64,000 nucleotides of DNA from positions 62,001 through 126,000 of the forward strand of contig RSEE01000030.1 in the NCBI GenBank assembly GCA_003971905.1, given 5' to 3'. The position numbers and the translations under genes were made by a program. Below are positions 37,529 to 51,300 of this stretch, piece by piece. Source of the DNA: Moniliella sp. 'wahieum' (lineage: Eukaryota). Each line of letters starts with the position of its first letter. Within the stretch, counting starts at the first letter, position 1. Below the pieces are notes generated by a model. That model was not told where the DNA came from. It worked only from the letters and a program-made list of their open reading frames with translations, and did not search any database.

Positions 37529-39366
37529 ATGGTTGCTTCCGGCATCCTTGCGCCCGTCGCTGCCACTGCGCTGGCGCTGAGCCTGGCCCTGACGCCCGCC
37601 GCCTCGGCCCGCACCGTCGCATCGGCCTCGTCGGCGGCCCGCAGCTACGTTGCCAGTTCGGCTGCTGTGCCGCTGGACCAAGTCCTGACCTACACCGTCG
37701 CCCTCACGCCAGGCAAGCAGGAGAGTTGGATGCCAAGATGCTCGCTACTTCCCTCATGGCGGTGCGTGGCTGAGCGAATCGGAGCTGACGGACTATACGC
37801 GTTCCAAGCCCGAACACGTTGCTGCCGTCAAGGCCCACCTGGTTGCGCATGGTACCACGAGTCGGACATTACCACGGGCAAGTGGGGGGATGAACTGCGT
37901 GTACAGAGCACCGTCGCTGCTGCCAACGCAGCCTGGAACACTTCGCTCCAGGCCTACACCCCATACCACCAGGGCCACACCATCCTCCGTGCCGCTGACG
38001 GGTACTCCGTTCCGGACGGTATCCTGCATGAGGCCATTGTCAACGTCCATCCGTTCACCTCGTTCCCCAACGTGCGTACTTCGGCTCCGATCCCTGTGCT
38101 GTCCAATGCGCAACCATCCCCGCTTGCGCATCGCGCCGGCAGCAGTAATTGCGATGCCTCGGCAGTGACGACCAAATGTCTCAAGCATTACTACGGTGCG
38201 GCAACTTTACGCCTGTGCCGCAGGAGGGAAGACGGATGTGCTGGTGTTTGGGTTTTTGGGAGAGTATGTGTCGCCGACGGACGTGTCGAGCTATATGAAG
38301 AAGTACAGCGACTACCCCAACTATACCATCCCATCATCTCGGCTGGCAACTCGACCAACGATCCGTCCAAGCCCGGAAGCGAGGCGATGCTCGATGTCGA
38401 TATGGTTGGTGGCCTGATCGCCCCTCTCCACGCGCAGTTCCTGTCTTTTGGAACGGACAACCAGAGCGCCAACGAGCCCTTCCTCCAGGCCTTCCACTGG
38501 GTTCTGGACAACTACAATGATACCAGCCGTCCCGGTGTGATTACAGCGTCGTACGTCGACGACGAGTCGTCCTACTCGCCCCCGACGCTCACCAGCTGTG
38601 CAACACGATCCAAAAGGTCACTGCTTGGGCACGTCGGTCCTGTACGGATCGGGTGACAATGGCCTGAACGGGGTCCATCCTACGAGAACTTGAGTTGCAA
38701 GAGCAAGTTCAATCCGACCTTGCCTGGCGACTGCCCTTAGTCTTGGCCGTCGGCGGCACACAGGGCTTCCCTGAAGTCGTCGTTGATGGCAACTCGCCCA
38801 ACGGTTTTTCGGAGGAGCTGGCTTCTCCAGCACTGGCTTCTTCAGCCGCCCTGCCTACCAAGTACGTCCCTATACCCTTTCCTCCTCCTGTCGTGACTCT
38901 TGCTATGATACGATAGGCCAAGCTGACAAGCTTGCCACACTGGGTTATTATATTGTACTGTAGAACACCTCGGTTACCAACTACTTGAAAGAGATCAAGT
39001 ATGCCCACTCATCCTACTACAATTCCAGCAACCGTGCGTACCCGGACGTGTCCGCCATGTCGCTCAACCTGGTTGTGGTGGTGGGAGGGCAAGAGCAGTT
39101 GATTGGGGGACGAGTGCGGCCACGCCCATCTTTGCCGGTATGCTCGCCTTGCTGAATAACCAGCGCAAGCTCCAGGGCAAGGCACACGTCGGTTGGATCA
39201 ACCCCGCGTTTTATGCCAAGCCCGACTGTTGCGCGACATTACGTCGGGAGACGTGGGCGGTTGCCCCGAGCCGGGGCTCACGTTTGAGGCCACCACGGGC
39301 TGGGACTTGCCGTCGGGATTGGGCAGTCCCCTGTTTGGAAATGGAGCGAGTTGCCGTAAAGCTTAA
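37529..39366 (+). CDS. Secreted S53 sedolisin / tripeptidyl-peptidase with prodomain
   Basis: Signal-peptide-like MVASGILAPVAATALALSLAL; EAMLDVD (E-x3-D); VLAVGGTQG; RAYPDVSA; GGTSAATP (catalytic Ser); GWINPAFY; Ca-binding GWDLPSGLGSP. Intron about 38862-38963. Confidence 0.9.
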
Positions 39367-40204
39367 AGGGGGGGAAAGCGCACGAACGCCTACTGGAATG
39401 ACGCTGATCTATCCTTTATTCCTTCGACGGACGCGCGAGTTTGATGTTGTTTTCTACTAATGATTGATGAAGGATGCAGGGATGCACACGTTTTGCTTGC
39501 ATGTGCGCATCGACAAGGCGCGGGACGCCATGTTGACTGTAATCGCAACTATCCTTTATCAGCCGCACTAGATGGTGCTCAGCTGGATCCGCATTGTTGC
39601 TTCGTACGTAGCGTATGCTGCAGCGCATGCGCCAAGACCTTTGTGATCGGAGACGGCTGCCTTGCTAGCTGATAACACATGGTCAATGAGGCGAGAGAGT
39701 GCTGGATGAGGCAGGTGGAGGTGGTGTGGATGCCGGGGCAAGATGGGAGCGCATAGATGGTCGTGTGGATGGATGGGGCATGTTACGGCTTGACATGCGG
39801 CAGGCGGCAGGCTGCATGCTACCCGGGCAGTGCACCCCGCCTTTGCTCATCACTCATCGGCCGTGTCTGCTGGCACTGGCGCTGTGCGGCGGGTGCGGGA
39901 GGAGACGGCGGATGAATGGGTGATGAATGGATGATGGACGGGTGATGCCCCCACTGGCATGCTGCGGTGACTAGTTGGAGTTCGCGTAGCCTGGGCTGGG
40001 CACTGGTCGCAGGCACCAGTCACTACGCACTGCCCACTAGTCACTAGCCACACGCCTTGCCTAGTCCAGCTGCCCTCCCAGTGCCTGCGCCCGCCCAGCC
40101 GGATGGGCCGCCGCCTGCGCCTCCCGCATCTCTTCTGGCCCACGCGCCCCCACCTTCGTCTGCCCGCCCCCCGTCCCCCCCCGCCCCGCGCGGCTCCCGC
40201 CCCC

Positions 40205-41340
40205 ATGCACCCGACGACTCGCCCCGGTCCGCGTCCGAGCTGGAGGACAAGGACAGCCTGTCCTCCCACCTCCACAAGGTCTCCTGGTCCCCTCCTTTGC
40301 CGACTCGCTCGCCAGCGCCTCCAGCGCCTCCGCCGCCGTCTTCCCCTGGCCGCAGCCCTTGGGCTACCGCCAAGAGCCCGTGCACAAAGACTCGAGAAGC
40401 GAACGCGTAGCAGCATACCCACCCTCCACCCTCCTCTACAGCGAAACCATTGCCCAGGCGCACCGCCGGCCGCTCAGCTCCGCTGATGTCTTTGCCGGGT
40501 CGGACATTGACCTGGGAAACTCATTCTTCCCTCCACCAGATCGTCCTCCTCTCGCGCCTCCCAGACCTTCCACGCCTTCCACGCGGAGATGGGGGATGAG
40601 TCGGCCGCAGCGGCTGTGCTGCTTTGCCGCTTGGTACGTTGGTTCCACACACGAACGCCTTTTCTTGCATGGAGCCCCGGCGTGCTGACTAGGGTCCATG
40701 GCCTAACCCCCACCCTCGTTTGACCACAGCTTTCTTGCCGGATCCAGCGCTTCCTTAGCCGCAACGCTGCTTTTCCTCTTTGATGCCAAACACGAGCGGC
40801 TGTTTGATGTCATGTATCCGCTCGGCTCGGTGTGCGCGTTTGCAGGAACCGGATTTTTGATGGGCGTAAGTACCACTGATCTGCGAGACTCCCTTGTTCG
40901 GCGCCTCATCTTGACACTAACACGCCTCTGCTCTGTTGGGACGGCTGCAGTACCTAGACCAGCTGAGGATCATGTTTAAGCCTGTCCGGATCGTCCTCTC
41001 CACTCTCACGATCGGTGCGTTCGTAATGGTTGGGGTCAGTGCATACAACTTGAGCGTGTTATTTGCCGTCATCTTCAACGGCGTTATGAACATTGCCTAC
41101 CTCTGCTATGCGGTATCTATCCTGCCCAATGTACAAAATGTGCGTGACTGGACCTACTGTCTTCTTCCTCCAGCCCTCTTTGCTGACGCTTGACACTTGA
41201 CGCTTGGCGCTTCCCCTCTCGATCCCTCTCTTCTGCTCGCCTGTTGGTTGCGTTTGCCCTGTTGACAGGCTTCCCATGACCCTTGTGTCATCACAGAGAG
41301 AAACCAAAGCTGCGGTGCTCCTACACGCCAGCTTTGCTAG
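40205..41340 (+). CDS. Got1/Sft2-family vesicle transport membrane protein (ends approximate)
   Basis: GMSRPQRLCCFAA..MYPLGSVCAFAGTGFLMG|YLDQLRIMFKPVRIV..YLCYAVSILP. Introns 40634-40729, 40866-40950 and about 41140-41268. Confidence 0.75.
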
Positions 41341-41933
41341 CGCGGCCCGCACGCTCGCGCTTGCGTCCCATGTGCACCCCCGATATCCAACCACATCCCC
41401 TGCTGTTGGCTGCCAGCCCCATCTTCATGCATGCTCACTAGTCACTTGGCTTTCGTGTTGAACGTTGAGACGTGGGCAGGGGGGAACTCGTAAGCACCTC
41501 GTGTCGAGCGTGGCGGGAGGATGAATGGTTGAGACGAGCATCCCTCTGCTCAGATCGCCCCAGCAACCACCGGGGACCGACGTGCCAAATCCGGTGACGA
41601 TAACGGCGGCAGGGACTAGGCCTGAGCCAGGCCGGACTAGGACCAGCCTGCCTGCGTGCGCGAGAGCAGCTGCTGATAACCACAAACGTTCAACATTGAA
41701 ACATGCATCCGGGGAAAAGAAAAGGTTAAGTATTGAAGTTGTCCGTGCGCGTGTCATGTCCGCCGCCGCACGGGGGCAGTGCTGCGTCGTTCTTCGTTTG
41801 GTTCCCAAAAGTTGGTACAGCCGTAGGTCCTGCGTCCAGATTGGTCCATTGCCCATTGCCCGGCGTCCGTTCCCCCCCCCCCCCCACCACCACCGCCATC
41901 ACCACCACTTGGCCTTGCCTGTGTGTGCTGAGC

Positions 41934-43544
41934 ATGCTGCGCTCTGCCTGTTCCCGGCCCCGTGCGGCCCATCTGCCCGCTGATCTGCTTGGCCGCCTCG
42001 CTCTCTCCACGTCGTCCCGGGCGGCGCGGGCGGCGCCCAAGCAGCCCAGCTCGTCGCTCGGTGGCTTTGCCGTCAGCTCGCAGCCGCGCATCACCTACAC
42101 GCATGCGCCCGCCTCGCAGCCTGCCACGCTCCATCTCAAGACGGGCGAGGCATTTACCGGCAAGAGTTTTGGTTCGCCCGTGCCGACCAAGTTTGGCGAG
42201 ACGGTGTTTTCGACGAGCATTACGTCCTATACCGAATCGCTTACCGACCCGTCGTACCAGGGCCAACTGCTGACGTTTACCCAGCCCTTGATTGGCAACT
42301 ATGGTGTGCCAGACAACTTTGCGCGGGTCGACCCGACGGGGGACGCGCGCGACGTGAATGTAGGTTCCTACATGGAGTCGGTTGGCGTGCAGGCCGCCGG
42401 GGTGATCTGCTCCAATCTGTCAGAACATTTTTCCCACTTTGAGGCGGTAGAGAGCCTGTCGACCTGGCTTGCGCGGCACGGTGTGCCCGGCGTGACAGGC
42501 ATCGACACGCGCGCCCTGACTACGCTCTTGCGGACCCAGGGTCCACCCTCGGCGCCATCAAGATTGGTCCGGACCACCTCGTGCCCCCGGCTGCGGACCA
42601 GTTCCTCGATCCCATGGCAGAGAACTTGATTGCCAAAGTGTCCACCAAGCAGCCCTATACCATCCACCCTCAAGGCGGTCCCGACGCAGCCAAGGTGCAC
42701 ATTGCTCTGATGGACTTTGGTTCAAAGGCCAACATCTTGCGCCACCTCTTGCGCCGGGGCGCGTCGGTGACGGTGCTGCCATGGGACTATGACTTTAGCC
42801 AGGTGCAGCATGGCTTTGATGGTCTCTTCCTTTCCAACGGACCGGGTGACCCGCATTCCATCCCGGGCGCGATCCGGGTCGTGCGCAAGGCCATTGCCGA
42901 GTTTGACCGCCCCATTTTTGGTATCTGCATGGGCCACCAGGTACGTCGAATTTTAGCTTGGGCTGGCTGGCTCCTGCTTCCCCTCAGACCACTTCTTTGA
43001 ACTCTGACTTGAATTACCCCCTCCCCCCCCTTGTTCCCCTGCTCCCCCACCCCCCTTCTCCACTTTAGATTATTGGTTTGGCGGCGGGGATCCAAGCGTA
43101 CCGAATGAAATTCGGCAACCGGGGGCACAACCAGCCCGTGGTGGCTATGGCATCCCATGGCAAGTCGGTCAAAGCTGGGCGTGTGTACATTACGTCGCAG
43201 AACCATGGGTACGCGCTCAAGTGGGAAGAAGGGCGCAGACGGTGGCCGAGGGCAAGTGGCCCGAGGGATGGGAACCGTGGTTTGTCAATGCGAACGATGG
43301 TTCGATTGAGGGCATTCGTCTGTCGCCAGAGGTGGACCGGTCGCCCGTATGGGCAGTTCAGTTTCATCCGGAACATGCTGGTGGCCCGGAAGACTGTGCG
43401 GAGATGTTTACGGATTATGTTGAGGAGTGCATCAAGGCGCGCGCACAAAAGGGCGCGCCGCCAGCCACGTTTCGCATGCCCGATGCAGTAGACAAGCAGC
43501 TCGGCACGGGCCTGCCTCCGACGCTGGTTGACATTAGCGCATAA
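41934..43544 (+). CDS. CPA1: Arginine-specific carbamoyl-phosphate synthetase small (glutaminase) subunit, with mitochondrial presequence
   Basis: [76 protein letters not shown] (catalytic Cys); [23 protein letters not shown]. Intron 42941-43068. Confidence 0.96.
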
Positions 43545-43780
43545 CCGGTGTGCGGCGCAGCTTGGGCTCCGTCCTAAGCTGCCTGCCCCCCTGCTTGCTT
43601 GGCTCTCAAGCTTTATGGTCAACAATGTAGTGCTCAACCTGCAAGAAAAGCAATTTTGTATTTGGAACTGCATCTCCTCCACGTTGGAAGTTCAACCCTC
43701 CCCTGCCTCTTGGCCGATTGATGGGTTGGATGCAATCTCACGTGGGGGTGGAAAGGGGGGAGTACTTGTGACGCGCTCGG

Positions 43781-46700
43781 CTAGGGGCGCGCGGTAGTGA
43801 CTTGAGCACCTGGTGTGGGGGGCTCTTGGGCGCCGGAATACAGTTCGCAGTTTCGGCGTGGGGGGGTACTAGTAGGTTCTACCTCCTGCCGAGGTACACT
43901 ATCGGACAGGAAACGTGTGGGTGTCCATGCAGTAGTATTGAAGCATAGGTCGAACTTGGTCGCGTGGAGACGAACCCTGCTGGCAGGAACTGTACGGAGA
44001 AAAGGCGCTACGGCAGGTGTAGAGGCGTTAGGTAGGGCGCACGCCAAGGCCATCCAACGTACCACATACCGGCCGAGCAGAGAAGAACAGAGGATGGCAA
44101 GATATCATAACTTGGTATTCACATGGACAAGCCACTGCAGTCTTCCTTTCCAGGCCAGGGAAGATACGGGGCAGCAGGGGGGCGGGCAAAGGGGCAGGCT
44201 CAAGTCAAGGGGAAAGGGACAAGGCAAGAGTGCGGAAAAGGGGGTATGGCAGCCACATTGCAAAGTCACCCCTATGCGCAAGCAAGGGGAGACCAGAAGG
44301 GGGGGGGGTCACAGCATGAAGGTGGCGGGCTATGGGAAGGCCGCAACAGGAGAAAAGGGTATAAGCAAAAAGTGCGACGAGGAACGAGTCCCGGTAAGGG
44401 GACCGCGACGAGCGGGGCCACGGGGTAAAGGGAAGGACGGAGGCGGGGTGGTACATGTTACCCGTCGCCCGAGATGGAGGAGGCGAGGGAAAGCGAACTG
44501 GTGCTTCCACTAATGCTGACGCTGGACATGCTAGGTCTTGGTGCCGAGTGGCGGAGAGTGCCTGAATTCGTGGTTCGGCCAGGCGGATTGGCGGTGGGCA
44601 GGCCGCTGTGGGGCTTGGAAGGCGAAGGAAGGGGAGTACCGTGCGCGTCGGCCTCGGCATCGGCACGAAGGCCCATCCGGCGCCCGACACGCTTGAGTTT
44701 GGTCCGCAAGTTGCGTTCGCCACTGGAAGCCGAGGCACTGTAGGACGAAAAGTTTCGCTCGTAGCGGGGGTGGATGCGGATGCGTCGGGGGAAGAAACAT
44801 GGAAAGAAACATGGGAGGAAACATGGGACGAAAGGTGGGAAGAAAGGTGGCTGGTAGCCAGGCCGAGCGGCACCAGATCGGGCGGGCGAGCGAGAGGCGT
44901 GGCCTGGTGCGGATCCGGAGCACTCTGGCTCAATCCGGGTTCGGGGTGGTCCACGGGGGGGAAAGGTGAGTTGGGCACGGAGGACATGGAGGATAGCGTG
45001 CGGGAAGCAAGTCGGTAGTCGACTCGGTCACGGGCGTAAAGGCGAGCGGGGCAGGAAGCTCTCGTTGTGGACGAGCGTGGTGCGGCCGCGTGCCCATGAA
45101 GTGGTCCATGCGGTGGAGCCAGGCCGATCGGTTGGACCAGCGGGATGGGAATCGCATCGGTGTGCGTCGCATCGTCCGGCCCGTGGGGGCCTGGCGCAGG
45201 GAGCGGAGGAGGAGGGAAGGTGGGAGTGAGCGAGGACCGATGGGCGTGGAAGCCTCGGCTCTGCAAGGAGAATTCCGAGCCGCGGCGACTGGGCGCGCGG
45301 GGTAAGGTTTTCTTGAGCGCGATGACGGTGCGCAAGGCATGCACTTGAAGTGGGAGACAGTCGGCTAGAGCCGCGGCTTGGTACACGCCTTGGGCCATCG
45401 CAAGCCGCGTCTCGTTCGTGAGAGCGGGTTGGAACGGCTGCAGGGCAGGCTCATCCACAACAGCACTTGTTTTCTTCCTCCCAGGAAGAGGGGCCAAGTC
45501 GACCGCCAAAGCATGGTGGGGGCATGCGTGCACCACGTTACCAACTGACGCATGTCGTACACGTACGCCATACACAACAAGGCAGAGGCGATTCGCGGGT
45601 GGCGTTGCAACGGTCGCGAGCGTTTGGGTGTACAAGTACAAAAGCAGGGCAAATACCACCTCGGTGGCTCATGCACACTCAGGCTCCGAGGTGTCACCCG
45701 CACATCCGACTTTCCTAATCGCAACACCCATGATCTCCTCTTCCTCCGTTGCCGAGGTGCGAGCGAGATGCAGCGCACGTCCGCGGTACGTACGCATGGC
45801 GTGACGGAACCAGGTCCACCGACGCTCCAGCACCGCCCGAGACGCACTCAGCTTGGTTCCATCCAAACACACAATCTCAAAATCGCCTTGCTCCCCAAGC
45901 ACACGGAGGGCAGAAGGGCTCGGGGGATCGGTTTGCTCGAGGACAAGGGCACACTGGGACCCGAAAGAGACGAACATAGCGTGTCCATACCGAGTTGCAC
46001 ACTGAATGTGCTAAACCGCCTTAGTGGCGGTTGGTAAATGCCCCAGGCGCTTAAGCTCAATGCAGCCAACTGGTTACTGTTGATTTGGCGAACATAGTAA
46101 TCCTCGGCCAAACTACGCTGGCGATCACCGAGGATGAGCAGGCGGTTGCGCAAGGGATGTAGAATTGCCTTGTTCCACGACCCTCCGCCATGAGCACGCC
46201 TCCGTCCAACCGGGTCCAACACAACGTCGGGAGATGGAGAGCCCAAATAGCATGAGCTTGAGCAGCGCTGGTAAGATGCGTTCCGGAAACGATGAGGTGT
46301 TCGCCTACCACGTACCCAGCTGGGAAGCGCAGTCCCGGTGGAAGGCGCTGCTCTGACCACTGGAGGTGGAGGTGTGGTGAGGAGGCATGGACCGTCCTTG
46401 AACCATTCGCTGGCTCACATCCTCAACGTGGAGATGCGGGGCGACGTCGCCCGGATCAAGTTGGTAGTGAAAAATTTGGAGCACGCGCTGAACGTTGGCG
46501 AAACGCGAGTTGGAGTACACGTAAATGGGAGCCAGGCGCTTGGCGCTCGAAAAGGACACACTGGTGGGAAGCGGATGAACCTCCGTAGCAGGCTCAGTAG
46601 AGGGAGGCGGCTCCAGGTTGCTGCAACTTTTCCAGCATTTGAAGCGACGATTGCAGACGCTTTGTACCCGCCGAAGCAAATGACGGGTAGTTTGACTAAA

Positions 46701-48383
46701 AGGGGAAGAAGGGGAATGATTGGACCATGGGGAACGGAAATGTGACCAGCCATGTTGAGGGTCGGATTGGCCTCCTGGACCAGAAACGGTTAACCAGCAT
46801 GGCAATTCTCGGGAAGGCACTTGCAGAGGTTCCTCTTCCTCGGAACCCACTTTCCCTTGTGATGCAGCAGAGACGCCCACCTCGTGTCCTTTCCCATCCA
46901 CCACCATCCAGGGGGAGGTAGCCGCGAGAGAGCGGTACGATCCTAGCTTGCCCTTGATCGGATCAGTGCGGAGCCAGCGGGCAGCCCGTAAGCTGTAGAC
47001 ATTGGCGTCCTGAATGTACTCGTTCTGCGCGTCCTGCCCACCGATCATAACAAGGTAGTCACCTGTGACAGCAGAGAGATGGGCGTAGCGAGCTTTGGGA
47101 CACCGAAAAGCGGTAGGGGATACCGAGTTGGGGTCAGATTGGGGACGATCAAAGGTCAAATCCACCTTTGGGTGCGGAGATTGTAGGCGATCACCTCAGA
47201 GAGGGCAACCAGTCCATCGGATGTTGAGCCCGTGGACGCCATAGAGGGGCGAGGGGTCACATCAGGGTCGACCGCCTCGCTGGCACGCGGGGTGCGCATG
47301 GTGACGGTGTCGGATGATTCGCGCTCGCCGTCGGGACCATGGAGCAAGGCCATGCCACCAGAGATAACCAAGCGCCCGTCCCACAAGTTGGCACCATGAA
47401 AGTACCGCGCCTGGGGCCAGATACAAGGAGATGCCTCCAACTCGTCGTGGGGCTCCAGCTCTCCAGTTTTGGAAGCGGTTTGGATAATGGCATCCGAATC
47501 CGGTCCCAGAAAGGTCCACACCCGGGTTTCAAGGTTGAGAACGTAGAGGGAAGCTGCTAATCGTCGGTCCGTCAGGCGGCCGCCAAAAACATAGAGGCAG
47601 GCCTCGCCTTGATCCGACGTGCCCGGACCGAATCAACAAGCGTTGCGGATGCTCCCTGAGAAGGCAAGTGGCGTGGTTAGGATTCAGCGTAGGTGAAAGG
47701 GAGAGGCTACGCACGATCAGAGGGGGCGGAATGTGCCACTAGTGTCAAGCAAAGAAGAGGATGTGTCGGCGAGAGAGGGCATGTAGCCACGGTGATCAGA
47801 GGCGAGTGGTGGGACAGACGGGACAGATGGGGATGAGGGGCCGCTAAGCACGTCCGACAGCGATGCCCGGGAGGTGGGGAGATGGATGGTTCGGCGAATG
47901 AGTTGCTGGCATGCGTGTGCTCGGCTGTGGGGGCTGCAGGATAGTGTTGTGGCTGGAGTAGATCAAGGAGCGGCCAGATCGGAGGGAGGGATGCGCCTTG
48001 GCCTGGGCTGAGGGCGCGAACCGAAGCGAAGTGGCGTCATCATCGGCTGAGGCCCCAGACAGAGGCAAGGGACCAGAAGCAGGAGGGGGGTATGGGGATG
48101 GTTAATCAGGGTGGTGGGGCTGGAGCTCTTGACAGCGCGAGCAACGCCGCCGCGGCCGGTGGGGCCGAGAGGAGGGGGAGCCGGCTGGATCTGGCGTCGA
48201 GAGGGAGAGTCGAGGACGACGGGTTCTTGGTCGGGGTACAGGGGCAAGATGGTGGGGGTGGCAGTTGCGTTGGTGGTGGTGGCGGTGGGGGCGGTGGTCG
48301 CGGTGGGAAGGGGATGGAGGACGAGGGAGTCCGAAGTGGCGGGGGCTGGGGCCGCTGGTGGCGCGTGTGCGGAGGCGAAACAT
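43781..48383 (-). CDS. Kelch-repeat plus BTB protein, Ral2/Mds3/Pmd1-like signalling regulator (ends approximate)
   Basis: Kelch blades PQARYFHGANLWDGRLVISGG and PKARYAHLSAVTGDYLVMIGGQD; LRFPAGYVVGEHLIVSGT; GSWNKA; BTB GDFEIVCLDGTKLSASRAVLERRWTWF..ALLLYLYT. Confidence 0.78.
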
Positions 48384-51300
48384 GGAGGGGGGGAGGGCGG
48401 CCGCGGCCAGGGCGGGAATGGCGACGACGCGGAGGGGCAAGGGGAGGGGCAGGGGAACGGGAAGGAAAGGGAAGGGAAGGGGGGGATGGGCAGGACCTGG
48501 GCCGGAGGGTGGAGGGCCGGGGGACAGGTGGGAGTGGGAGGTGGGAGTGGGAGTGGGCAGCAGGCTGCGATGGGCTGGCGTAGGACACTCACTGCTTTGG
48601 GACACTCTGTCCAGCCGCTGTACTCAAAGCACCCGGAGAGAATGGAACGCCTGGGGGGCAGTCTGATCATCGATCACTGAGACGCAGTGCTGGGTGGGAT
48701 GCATGTGATCGATGATTAATGAGAGTCTGCGCTGCCCGTGGCGCCGCCTGGCGCCGCTGCAGCTGCCGCGGCTCACGCGCTGAGCCCAAGCGTCCGACTC
48801 GACATGCATAACGCGTAACGCAGCCCAGCAGCCCAGCGCTGAGCACCTGCCCATCCGTCTGAGATCCCTGCTTGGTCATCCATCCACCCTCGCTCACCCA
48901 TCTCCAGCACTGCTCCCCTGCCCCGTCGGACGACCTCGCACCACACCACCCTCCTGCGGCTCTACGCCTCTGCGCCCCTTGCCTCGCCCCTGCTGCGCCA
49001 CCTCCCAAACACACCGGCCCTGTGCCCACCCTCGGCCCTTGCCTGCCCCTGGGCGTTTCTCCTCTCCTCGTTCTTGCTCGTCACCCATGCATCAGGCCTC
49101 AGGCATCAGGCCGCAGGTGGGAGCAGGCACTAGCTCCCTGTGGCAGCGTGTGGCCCTGCACCCGTGTCTCCTACTTGTACAAGACCCTGGCGGCCAACGC
49201 ACGCTGCGGCAGCCCCTTGGGTGGGGCTTGCATTGGGTCGATGCGGGTTCTGAAATCAACTGCTTATTCGGCCCCCATCGGCCGTGGCCGTTGAGGCCAC
49301 CATCTCTCGTGTATGTGGCAGCCTCAGCGCTGGCGCTCAGCGAGCGCTCAGCCCCCAGCCCCGCTAGCGCCGCTCCGGTCTCACCCCCTCCTTATCCATT
49401 GATCCCAGCTGGTCATTATAGTCCTCCACATTGGGCCTCTGCTGGAAACCAAGACCCCGGCGGCACGGTTGTGCGTCTCCATCATTGCATCAATGCTGAT
49501 CACAGCATTCGGCACGCACTCGTCCTCCGTGCATCCGCGTCATCACTCTCCCTCGGCAGCAACACTCTCCACACAACTCGAGGGGGCTTGCTCCCCTTTC
49601 ACGCCGCCTCGGCTACGAGATAGCCACCTACCAACCCGCAGAAACAAGTGCGCATGTTATGTACGAGACGAGACCCGTGTCGGCGGCGCTGCGGGCAACA
49701 CAGCGAAGACAATGCTAGCCCCCCCCCGTGTGGAAGCTTTGAAGCACTGCTTGGAGTAGACGAGAGCTGACTCAAGACGTCAGTGATGAAGTCGATGAAG
49801 TGTGTGTTTGGCCTGCTCCAATCGTTGGTGCAATTTAAGCCGCCACCACACGGGCGAGGTCTCAGCAGAGAGGGAGAAAGACTCTACTATATCCCTCGTC
49901 CCCCCGCAATGTAATGATCTTGGCCACCCAGCGATGTCCAAGTGCATCAGTTATGCTATGGTCGAGAGGAAGCAGGAGCTGCGTTGAACGTTGAACCCAT
50001 ACTGAGGATCAGAAGAAGAAGAAGTTAAGGAGAAGAAGGAGAAGAAGAAGAGTGGCACATGAGCAGAGGAAAGGGATACTGGCGTAGCGCCCGACGAGTA
50101 AGAAGGTCAGGATGACCTCGATGACCTTGGAGGTGGCTGACCCATAGGACCCTGGTCAACACAATGTAAAAGATCAAATGCTCCCCGAGAAAAGTGGGCG
50201 TAGCACGAAAGCCTGTGCAGCTGTGCAGGACATACAAGTTCTCGGATCTAGGAACAACGGATGGCGTCGAGCCGTTCAGGTCCTCTCTGAAAAAAGGAAT
50301 AACGCCATGTTGTGGTGACGGTGGTGGTTGAGATCTGAGATCTTCATCAGCTTCATAGAGACCAACACACGGGGAACAGACCGGGGTTGAGACAAAAGCC
50401 CGCGTTTGTATACAAACAAAAGTCTGCGTTTATGCACACATGCCTAGAGGCTTCGGGCATCTGAAGCCGACGTGTGGTGAGGCTGCGTATGCACCGCGGC
50501 TTGGGTCGTAGTAACGTGTCTGAAGCCTGCGGGGCTTAGGGATGGGTTAGAGGCAGTGGAGGACAAATATACTGCCTGCGTCGAGGCTGGGCAGGGATGG
50601 CTGTCGACGTGGCTGGAAAGGAACCCACGCGATATGCTGTGGTACGGGGATTCGACGCGGCTGAAGGAAGGCTCGTGCGGCTGGGCGGATGGAGAGCTGG
50701 AGGACGAGTTTGGAAGACGATGAGGAGGCAGCTATAAGCGGAGACGAGAGGTTGCCTGTATTATTGAAACGACTGGCTGGAAACGGCCAGGAGTTGGACA
50801 GGAAAGGCGGGAAGGGACGAGAATGGAAGGTGGGGAAAGGATCCCCATTGAACAAGGATGCTGACTGTGGGCTGACCATTTGGTAGCCCCCTCCTGTCTA
50901 AGCTGGTATATATATGTTGACAGAGCGAAGCAGACGAAGCAAGCGAAGGCTGCGAAGGCACTAAAAATATCATCCGATAGCACTTCCTCGTATAGCAATG
51001 TCACACAGGTCGGAAGTGACCTTGCTGCCCCACAGCGCTGGGGGTGCTGCGCTCTTCAGCGTACAACGCCAGCAAATCGCCAGCGGTTCGGAGTGGTTGA
51101 AGAGAGTCATGGAACGTCTGCTCCCGCTCCAGCCCCGCTCGCGGATTGGTTGCTACTTGAGGTCGATGAAGTTATTCGGAAGCGTGTGGCGCAGGCGGCA
51201 CGTGACGTGTGACGTGAATAAGAAGGGGGATAGGTGAGGCTGTGGTGCGTGGCGTTATGAAATTTGAAGGATCAAGTGACGCGTGGTGTAGAATGCATGG

